A stretch of 62,882 nt of DNA, filler included, from Octopus bimaculoides (Eukaryota): the NCBI RefSeq assembly GCF_001194135.2. It is 5 parts of 5 records of this genome, joined end to end, with 100 filler letters (N's around TTAATTAATTAA, not from the genome) between each part and the next. Parts side by side here need not be neighbours in the genome. Positions count along the whole stretch, not along the records: positions 46,985 to 55,742 come from NC_069009.1; positions 55,843 to 62,882 come from NC_068985.1; 3 more parts are not named here. One strand, given 5' to 3'. This document shows, in pieces, positions 52,941 through 62,882 of the stretch. The notes beneath the pieces are model-generated. The model saw only the letters and a program-made list of their open reading frames with translations, ran no database searches and had not been told where the DNA came from. The translations under genes were made by a program, and so were the position numbers. Position 1 is the first letter of the stretch. The number at the start of each line of letters is the position of its first letter.

Positions 52941-53191
52941 TATAATAATATCAAAAATGGTTTAAAATTTTGGCACAAAGCCAACAATTTGGGGTTTGGT
53001 AAGTCGATTACATCAACCCCAGTAATCAATTGGTACCTATTTTATCAGCCCCACTCACCAAAAACAATGAAAGGCAAAGTCGACCTAAGCAGAATTTGAA
53101 CACAGAACGATAAGACAGATGCAATGCCGCTAAGCATTTTGCCCGGTGTGCTAATGATTCTGCCAGTTTGCCTATAATGATAGCAGTAGTG

Positions 53192-53249
<58 letters not shown>

Positions 53250-53709
53250 CAGTAGCAGTAGTAGTCCTTTCTAGTATAGGCACAAGGCCTGAAATCTTGG
53301 TCTTAATAATGACTGTGGTGGTTGTGGCAATCATAATTATAGTGGTGATTGTGAAGGTCGTGAATGTGGTAGTTGCGATGGTTGAGGTGTGGGTTGCAGT
53401 AGTGGGGGGGGGGGTCATGGTTGTGATCGCTGAAATTACAGTGGTGATTCTGGTGGTAGTGGTGGTGGTGAATGCAAAGTCTGTAAAGGTGGTAGTTGTA
53501 ATGGATTTGGTTATCGAACGCTGTGGTTTTGTTGAGGGTGGTGGTCATGATGGTATTGGTCGTATAAATTAGTAGTCATGATGACGATAATAGTGATGGT
53601 GGTGGTTATAGATGTGGTACTTGTCTTTGTAATAATTGTAGTAGTGGTGGCCATTATTGAGTTGTAGCTCATCTGTTGGTGATAGTCATGGTAGGGTTTG
53701 TTTCTTTAA

Positions 53710-54133
53710 CCCTTTAGCATTTAATTGCCCATATATGGCCTAAATATTTTACCTATTTTATGTTGAAACCTACCAGATCCTGCCTCTCGCACCAACCCTA
53801 TAATGTCATTCTAAAAATAAACAATCACATCATTGAAATCGGAAAGCTATAAGATTAATGCATGATTAATTCAAAACAATGTGAATAAATAAGCATTACA
53901 TTTGACAATAATCTCAATACCAGAGGATTAAACCAGCCATATCTGGCGCAAATATTCCCTTTTTACGTTAAAACTGGTTGGATCTGGCTTCTCACACCTA
54001 TCTTACAATGTAATTCTAAAATTAAATAATCCCTTCGTCAAAATCTCAAAACTATTAGATAAAGCAGGATTAATTCTAATCAATGTGAATAAATATGTAT
54101 TACATTTGACAGAGTAATCTGAATGCTGAAGGG
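53710..54133. mobile_element. piggyBac-like MITE with an internal tandem duplication
   Basis: TTAA|CCCTTTAGCATT ... AATGCTGAAGGG|TTGA; two ~210-bp related units meet at TTAA 53928-53931. Confidence 0.6.
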
Positions 54134-54944
54134 TTGAAAGTGTTAATGAACCAACAAATCAAGATTTCACCTTAAAATCACTTTCTAATTAACAATATCG
54201 TGAGCAGTGGCTTGAATTTATGATATCACTGGCCAGTTAATAAAAGCCAATCAACAACTGACCCCTAACAGATACAGTGAAGTATCAGTGATTAGATCAT
54301 AGATGGACAACATAGTCTGTAAGCATATAACTATATGGACATAATTGGCCCTTTCATGTTAATGACTATATCACTTGTATCCCCAAATTTTGTTATTTAC
54401 TTCATAAAACACTGATTGCATTGCTTGGTGTGTATTGGACAGACTAGCTGGAGAGAGTACAACATTGAGTCACTTTGACCTGAAGATTGCTATTTCATTT
54501 CATTCAGCATAGACACCTGTATCTCACAATCTGTATTGTCATTTTATGTCATGGATCATCCACTGCTCGTTTGCACCATGAACAAGCACTTATCTTTCAT
54601 CTGCAAACTGCTCTTTCAACTGGAATGAATAACTGTCTTGTTCTCCTTTAGTAATATTTCCTCTGCCAATCTCTGATAAATGCCATATTGCATACTTCAC
54701 AATCATCCCCTATACCCCCATCATCATCCACACTCACACAAAAACACCACTATTCTTCCTTGACACTAACCACACACCAGCACAAACACAAACGCACATA
54801 ATGTACAATATAGGCACACAGCCATATTCATGTATTGGGTCCTCCCATAAATAATGCTGATTTTTCAGTTGCATGAACTAAAAAGTCAGAGGGGAACAGG
54901 ATAAACTACCTGCATCAACTTGCTATAAAAAGCAGATAGTAATT

Positions 54945-55270
54945 TTACCTTGTCCTTATTCTTAGTACAAGTTTTGAAGAGTGTAGTTCGATTTTAACAG
55001 ATATTTTTTCAAAGCTACAATGGAAGTGACAAAGGAGCATATTCGGCATAATTTGCTTTAGAGTTCAATAAAGGCAACAATGAAAGTGCGAGGAATATTA
55101 ATGCAGTATATGGGGATCGGACAATAAATGTAAGCTAATGTCAACAGTGGTTCTAGAAATTCCGAGCCGGAAACTACAGCCTAGAAGATGAGCCTCATCC
55201 TGGAAGAACTGCAGAGCTCGACGAGGATGTCCTGCAAACCCTGGTAGAACAAAATCCCATCGTAACTGTT
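54945..55270 (+). mobile_element. Mariner transposase 5' part (HTH), decayed
   Basis: MEVTKEHIRH..EFNKG..ARNINAVYGD..WF*KFRAGNYSLEDEPHPGR..DEDVLQTLVEQNP. Confidence 0.88.
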
Positions 55271-55386
55271 TCACTGCCTGCCACCTTCAGCAAGTAAGTG
55301 CCTTCTACGATAGTCTCAGGCTGATCAAAGCCTTGTCAGTGGATTTGGTAGACAGAAACTGAAAGGAGCCCATCGTAATACACATA

Positions 55387-55602
55387 CAAGTGGGTGCTGA
55401 AAAATTCCTGGCTTTATGGGTTTCACGAAAGGCCTGGTTGGAGGCCCAACATTCTGAGTTCTTTTACAGAGCTTACAAAAACTGAAGGACTGCTGCAATA
55501 ACTGTGTGAATCTGAGAGGGAAATATGTTAAATAAAATCATAACTAACTGATCCTCCTGTATTTTCTTTTACCCAAAGCCTGGAACATTTCAGTATACTC
55601 AC
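55387..55602 (+). mobile_element. Mariner-derived MITE; a second partial copy starts at about 55685
   Basis: TIR-like ends gggtgctgaaaaattcctggcttt / aaagcctggaacatttcagtatactc, with a decayed transposase C-terminus inside. Confidence 0.7.
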
Positions 55603-55630
55603 ATATATATATATATGTACATATATACAT

Positions 55631-55663
<33 letters not shown>

Positions 55664-57251
55664 CACATATAGATATATATATATGAGAGGGTGTTGAAAA
55701 ATTCCTGGCTTTAAGGGTATCACGAAAGGCCTGGTTGGAGGCNNNNNNNNNNNNNNNNNNNNNNNNNNNNNNNNNNNNNNNNNNNNTTAATTAATTAANN
55801 NNNNNNNNNNNNNNNNNNNNNNNNNNNNNNNNNNNNNNNNNNCACACATAAGAAAGAAGGAAACAAAGGACCACTGATGAGGTCACAGAAGTGTGACGAA
55901 AGAACTCTGGCCGAAATAAGATTAAGATTAATGTAATATAAAGCTGAAGCAAATTAACACCAAATATACAGTGCGTATGTTTTTATTGGCTAAACTGGCA
56001 ATATGACCATCCCCAAGTACAACAATATATATATATATATATATCAAAGAGAGAGATTAAATAGGAGCGTTGATTAGTGGTTCAAGTATTTGGTTCACGA
56101 TGAAAAGGTAGCGAGTTCAATTCCCGGAGGCACGCTATGTCCCTGAGCAAGGCACTTTATTTCAAGTTGCTCCAGTCCTCTCAACTGGCCAAAATGAGTT
56201 GTATCTGTAATTCAAAAGGCCAGCTTTTATTATATCCTTTGTCACACTGAATCTCATTAAGAACTACATGAAAGGAATGCATGTCTGTGGAATACTCATC
56301 CACTCGCACGTTAATTTCGAGGGCAAACTATTTCGTTGAAACTTACCCAGAGCGCCACGCGGTGGGACTGAACGCGAAATCACGTGGCTGTGAAGCGAAT
56401 TTCTTAACCATACAACCATGCTTACGCCTATATAATATCTATAATAAAAATCAGAAAAGCATAAATTTCACAAATGGTTTATAATTTATGTTCAACAGCT
56501 GTTTCATTGCCAATAAACGTAATTAATTTCATAATTATGAATTTAGGTACATAATTGCTACAATCTAAATTAAATTAATTCAAAGTAATTGTTTATCTTA
56601 ATTACTTAATAATGGAATGAATGTTTTTCTCTCTTTTTGCAAATGCAACAGCGGCTGAAAGTAATTAAATAATGAACTATAAGTGGAATTTATAATTTTC
56701 TGCTTTTTATTCTTAATATACGTTGCTTTAAAGTAGCGGTTGCCAATCTTTTCACACTGGTTCCCAACAGTAATTCCCAACACTTTTATTCAAATGAGTT
56801 CTCATACGAATGCCTTTAAATATGCTTATCCTTAAATACACATACATATGTATATATATATATATATATATATNNNNNNNNNNNNNNNNNNNNNNNNNNN
56901 NNNNNNNNNNNNNNNNNNNNNNNNNNNNNNNNNNNNNNNNNNNNNNNNNNNNNNNNNNNNNNNNNNNNNNNNNNNNNNNNNNNNNNNNNNNNNNNNNNNN
57001 NNNNNNNNNNNNNNNNNNNNNNNNNNNNNNNNNNNNNNNNNNNNNNNNNNNNNNNNNNNNNNNNNNNNNNNNNNNNNNNNNNNNNNNNNNNNNNNNNNNN
57101 NNNNNNNNNNNNNNNNNNNNNNNNNNNNNNNNNNNNNNNNNNNNNNNNNNNNNNNNNNNNNNNNNNNNNNNNNNNNNNNNNNNNNNNNNNNNNNNNNNNN
57201 NNNNNNNNNNNNNNNNNNNNNNNNNNNNNNNNNNNNNNNNNNNNNNNNNNN

Positions 57252-57295
<44 letters not shown>

Positions 57296-59183
57296 TTTGA
57301 ATTTAGTTCACGAACCACCTTTGCGGAACATCAAGGGTCCGCGGACACCCAGGTTGGGAATGACTACTCTAAAGGATAGTTTTAATTACCATGGATTATT
57401 GTTCTATGCTTATACATCAGTCCTCTCTCCCCCCTCTCTCTCTCTACAGAGACCGATACATACATGTATACATATATTTAAATTTTATGTATGTAAACAT
57501 TGGTGCCTTGCTGTACCACTATTCTATATTCATATATTTATATATTTATATAACTATCTGTTGTACTACTACTCCATATTTATATAATTATCTGTCTTTG
57601 TATATATAGTATAAATTAGTATATATAATGCTATACAAAACAAGGTAGCACAATTACGGATTTACAGTATAGAATGGTGATGAACTCTAACCTCCGACCT
57701 TGCCACAAGAATATACCGTGTTCTTTACTAATCTAAACAATATTGTTAACTGGGTGAACTAACATATAGCATATAAAGTATTTTTCCCGGATTGATAATT
57801 CAGCACCGATAACCCTATAAATATATGTGTGTGTGTGTGCTTGTAAAAATAGTCTTCAACGCATGCACATATACGCGCGCGTGTGTGTGTGAAGTCGCTC
57901 TTGAGTTTTACTGGTAACATACAACCCAGTACAACTTGTATAAATGGATGACCGCTACGTTGTGGTGGATTTAAATCCTGCTGAAATCAACTCAATTTTT
58001 CGTCCTTTCGGGATCATATCGAATAAACTTCTCCCCTGAAAACTGCTGGCTTTTTTGCCTAAACCAGAAACCACTATTGTTATTGCAACTGTTATTTTTG
58101 CTATTGTTGTTGTTGTTGTTATTCTTGCTATTGCAAAACCTGTTTTTATGAATTCCGAAGACCTAGATTATTACTCCGTTTGTACTGAAAAAGAAAACTT
58201 GTTTCTTTTTAGGAGTATTTCACAAGGGAACCATAACTGAGAAACCCAAAGAGTGCATTCCCAATTTAAGATATGATTTTTTTTTAGAGCATTATATCAT
58301 TATTTTTTTTTGTCTTGTTCTGCTTACACAAGGCAGGCATCTTCAACAATGACAACAAACGAGAACACCACCTGCAGTACATGTTTCACAAACAGAAAAA
58401 AAATGAAAAATATTTATTAAACGTAGTAACCACTTAGTTGCAACCAACGAAGAAAATAACGATATTTCTGTGAACAAAATAGGAATGATTCAGTTAGTGA
58501 CAAAAACAAAAGGAACAACGAATCTTTCTCTCTCTCTCACGTAGTCATACTGGGCGAATATGTAAATACTTCTGAAGGTGAAAGTTTTGGATGTATTAAC
58601 CGAAAAACGGAACGTGACCAAAAGCACTCAAAAACAAATAGTCTACCAGAATTATGTGAAGCGAAACCGCCTTCCTTTTCCTGATCTGTATACCCAAGAA
58701 TTAGAAAAGAGGAAGATCACATATATGTGAATACTAAAAGATGGCAGGCGTCCGCTATCCAGAGTATAGTCAATCACAGTAGCATCCCCACCTGCTATCT
58801 CGTGGGTGATCGGAAAACTCACCTCAACCTGTGTCCCGGAAGGAAACAGCGACGAGGCCGCTATCTTCCGGCAGCACTAACCCAATTTCTGGTGGTGATT
58901 AAGAGAATATGAAGAGGGAAATCTCTCCTCGATATCATCAAAGAAGATTGCAAAGAAGGAAAACGAAAGTTAAGGGAAGGCGACTTGAAATATTCATGGC
59001 AACGCTTTACAATATGCGCTTCGCGTAGATAAAATGAACGACTAATTGACGATCTAAATAATGTACAATCTGAGACTTAGAAAATACAATATGAGAGAAC
59101 AATTTCGAAACGACAGTATGCGGAAAGATATAACGCCACTATATGGAACATACCAGAGATAGGTTGCTCGTGAGGATAGTCTG

Positions 59184-59510
59184 ATTACCTCCGCCTTAGC
59201 GAAAGTGGAGGTATTGTTTACAGTCGTGTTTGCTTGTTTGTCTGTTTGTTTGCTTGTCCTTGGACAAGATATCTCAAGAACCGATGGATAGATTCGGATG
59301 AAACTTTCAGAAATATTTGGCCTCATGAATGGCACGAACTAATTAGATTTTAGGATCTATCCGGTACTGGACAAGGATTCTGGATTATTTTTTCTGCTTT
59401 TTTACTTAATTTTTGAGAGCGGTCGGGTTCAGTTTTCGTATTCTCGCTTGTGAGAGCAGTTGAGTTTATTTCAGATATTCTCATTTCAAAAATCATCTCT
59501 GGCTAATATA
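59184..59510 (+). mobile_element. Helentron/DINE-like non-autonomous element (HINE)
   Basis: Starts attaCCTCCGCcttagcgaaaGTGGAGGtattg (subterminal hairpin), then a (GTTT/GTCT)n tract, then aaccgatggat..gaaacttt and a ggatct..ggattctggat block. Confidence 0.65.
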
Positions 59511-60254
59511 CAGGTGTGTGTGTATATCATATACATATATGTGTGTGTGCGTGTCATATATATATATATATATATANNNNNNNNNNNNNNNNNNNNNNNN
59601 NNNNNNNNNNNNNNNNNNNNNNNNNNNNNNNNNNNNNNNNNNNNNNNNNNNNNNNNNNNNNNNNNNNNNNNNNNNNNNNNNNNNNNNNNNNNNNNNNNNN
59701 NNNNNNNNNNNNNNNNNNNNNNNNNNNNNNNNNNNNNNNNNNNNNNNNNNNNNNNNNNNNNNNNNNNNNNNNNNNNNNNNNNNNNNNNNNNNNNNNNNNN
59801 NNNNNNNNNNNNNNNNNNNNNNNNNNNNNNNNNNNNNNNNNNNNNNNNNNNNNNNNNNNNNNNNNNNNNNNNNNNNNNNNNNNNNNNNNNNNNNNNNNNN
59901 NNNNNNNNNNNNNNNNNNNNNNNNNNNNNNNNNNNNNNNNNNNNNNNNNNNNNNNNNNNNNNNNNNNNNNNNNNNNNNNNNNNNNNNNNNNNNNNNNNNN
60001 NNNNNNNNNNNNNNNNNNNNNNNNNNNNNNNNNNNNNNNNNNNNNNNNNNNNNNNNNNNNNNNNNNNNNNNNNNNNNNNNNNNNNNNNNNNNNNNNNNNN
60101 NNNNNNNNNNNNNNNNNNNNNNNNNNNNNNNNNNNNNNNNNNNNNNNNNNNNNNNNNNNNNNNNNNNNNNNNNNNNNNNNNNNNNNNNNNNNNNNNNNNN
60201 NNNNNNNNNNNNNNNNNNNNNNNNNNNNNNNNNNNNNNNNNNNNNNNNNNNNNN

Positions 60255-60293
<39 letters not shown>

Positions 60294-62329
60294 TTTTATT
60301 CATATATATTTTATTTGTTTCATTCATTTGATTGCGGCCGTGCTGGAGCACCATTATACACTCCTGTGTACATGCAAATAAACATATTAACACATTCCTA
60401 TGTTATACACTTGCACATATACACACATGCTTAGCATCTTGCTTCTTTACAACTATGGTCTTTTCGTGTGTAAATTTAGCTATCTGTTATACCCTTTATG
60501 TCAATACAAATTTTTACGAGCATAACAGTTATTATTCACAAAATTGAAGATTTCGACAACTGAAGCCAAAAGTTGTTTCATTTCAGCTCCAATTGTTTTT
60601 ACAAGCAAAAAGCAGTGAGTTGTAATAATGCCCAATCCTTGCAGGTTTTTTTAACAAGTACTGTAACGTCTTTCATTGAACCTACCATAGAAAGTGCTTC
60701 GTCGGCGCAAACGCAAATATGATTTCCTGATAATTGCTATTTTTTAAAATAGTTATTTCAAATATGAATAGCATTTCCACTTTTAGTGTCATTGCATTTT
60801 TTTTCTTTTTGCAACAAAATTTATTTTATTATTTTATCACAACTAACGAAACAAATGAATGGTACTAGCTACACTTTACTGTTATAGTTTATTGACTCAT
60901 CAGCCTGGAAACCAAAATTTTAATTCTGAATTTCATCACGGTATACATTTTCTTCGATGTCAGCAGACAGTTCTAACCCCCACCCCATCAACTGTATCAT
61001 ATGTGAGAGGAATTTTACTTTGTCATAACAATTTCGAAGCAGTAATTGACTCCACTAAACTATGAAATTACATTGTTTTTTTCTTTTGGGCTGCCATTTC
61101 AAATATTTCATAAGAAGCAATTTGAGCCTTTTGAGAAAAAAATATTATACTTCTAAAAATATGTGTCTGTTTTATTTATTTTTCTGACAGACTGTTCAAA
61201 TATTTTGAATCGTACAAGTTTGAAGAATTTGTGATGAAATTTCTATTAAACTTGCAAAGGAGAATTGATTTCTTGGTCAATTTATATTTCCATGCCAAAC
61301 AGCGAGATGAAGACTGATTTTCATTTCCTGTCGCGGAAAAATAAAAGATAACTGACATATTTGCAGTTCGGTTGAATTTTAACTTCAACGAGAAATGTGT
61401 CCCATTTTAATAGTAACAACAGTACTAATTCGATAATTAATTATTCTTCCGCTAATATCCCAAGTAACGTGTGTAACTGTAATGATCCTATTAAGTGCCC
61501 TTTGATTAATCAATGTTTAAGAATGTAGTGTATAAGTTAAGTGACGACACTACATAAAGAACATTACAGTATATTTGCTACAGTATTCAAATCTAAATTT
61601 ATATTAAATGAGCATGAACATTCCCTTAAAAATAAAATAAAAGTGCTTAGCTCCTCATTAGCTAAGTACGGTGAATATTAGTTATTCAAAATAAAGAATT
61701 AATTATTCCTTATCGTGATTAATTATACGTAGTGCGCTTACATACGAAAAAGTGTATGGGTGGTTGCAACTTACATTTTGTGGAGGCATTGGAGATCTTT
61801 AAATATATAATAAATATCAGGACTTTTTGATTCACCATTCCTCAGTATATTTAATAGACTAATTTTTGCGATGCTAACCAATATTTAGGCCAGATTATTT
61901 TTGTATATTAGTCTGAAGAAATGATTAGTGAAACTTTCATTTAATATTGTATGGATTTACATAATTTATATGCATAATTTTTCATGTTCATTGAGGTATT
62001 TTCTTACCTTTACATTCTGTGAGCCGGGAATGTTGACTCGGCATTCACTTGTGTGCCTTAAATCCTTATTCACTAAGCTTTATNNNNNNNNNNNNNNNNN
62101 NNNNNNNNNNNNNNNNNNNNNNNNNNNNNNNNNNNNNNNNNNNNNNNNNNNNNNNNNNNNNNNNNNNNNNNNNNNNNNNNNCACAAAGAAACGAAAAGAA
62201 ATCACAGAACACACCATGGCGTATGCATAATATAATCATATACATACATACATTGTTGTTGTTGACATCCTTTTGTCTTGGGAGACAATGGAGTTGTCCA
62301 TAAACTAATCCAGTCTGGTTTTACATTTC

Positions 62330-62681
62330 ATGTCCTCTCCAGTCTCCTCTCCAGTTTTGCGCAGGCCTGGGCTAGATGTAAGAAAATCCTGGGTAGCCCA
62401 ATCGTCAGGATTCCTCTCTCGACCTTGCTGACGTAGTCCAAAGGAGTGCAGAGCATTACATTTGGCACCAGCTTGGTTGCAGGAACTGCCGGAAGAGTGT
62501 CGAGTCGAACACTAAAATGCCTACGGGGCTCCACTCCGGATTTCTTTGAAGGTTGTCTCCTTCCCGTAACCCTAGATAGGGGCCCATACCGGATACTGTC
62601 AGCCGGAGCCAGCTGAGCCCGGGACTCGTGTCAGGCAGGGTCGTCACTCCCTGAAGTAGTGAAGAAAATCGCTACCCACTA
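62330..62681 (-). mobile_element. GC-rich repeat, probably an RTE-like LINE 5' region, next to (TACA)n
   Basis: Abrupt GC-rich block with no host-gene similarity that I recognise; begins at a (TACA)n tract. Confidence 0.4.
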
Positions 62682-62882
62682 CGTACATACATATATACAT
62701 ACATACATACATACATACGTACAAACATATATATATATATATATGCACAAACACCTGTGAGTATGTGTACACGTGTGTAAATATGTGTGTATATATATCT
62801 ATGTATATATAAATATATATATCTTATATGCATACACATACATACATACATACATACATACATACACATATATATATATATA

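Noticed and set aside
45351-62882. Upstream large Tiki exon (HVPY/ELD region)
   Set aside because: No matching peptide in any frame I could read; it lies outside the window or in a gap.

Overview
AT-rich, microsatellite-dense, gappy eukaryotic genomic DNA. The SINE families and overall style suggest an octopus (coleoid cephalopod) draft assembly, which is an inference. The only host gene I can support is a minus-strand Tiki/TRABD2 (TraB-family, Wnt-cleaving metalloprotease) homologue. Two internal coding exons are visible: 45350-45029 (322 bp) and 30079-29989 (91 bp, not in the ORF track). They splice in frame across a 14,949-bp intron and rebuild the FFFAFGAG|HFMGN motif. The upstream exons and a C-terminal anchor exon were not found. 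The rest is intronic or intergenic repeat: many SINEs, fragments of RTE, Tx1-like, R4/Dong-like (REL endonuclease) and Penelope-like retroelements, mariner/maT remnants, MITEs and simple repeats. Almost all listed ORFs are microsatellite or gap artefacts. The best non-coding leads are degenerate minimal hammerhead-ribozyme motifs next to Penelope fragments (including an inverted pair), a 117-bp near-perfect foldback, and retroelements that consistently sit in (AAT)n tracts together with a likely non-autonomous partner. Repeat boundaries are read by eye and are approximate unless TIRs or TSDs are quoted.
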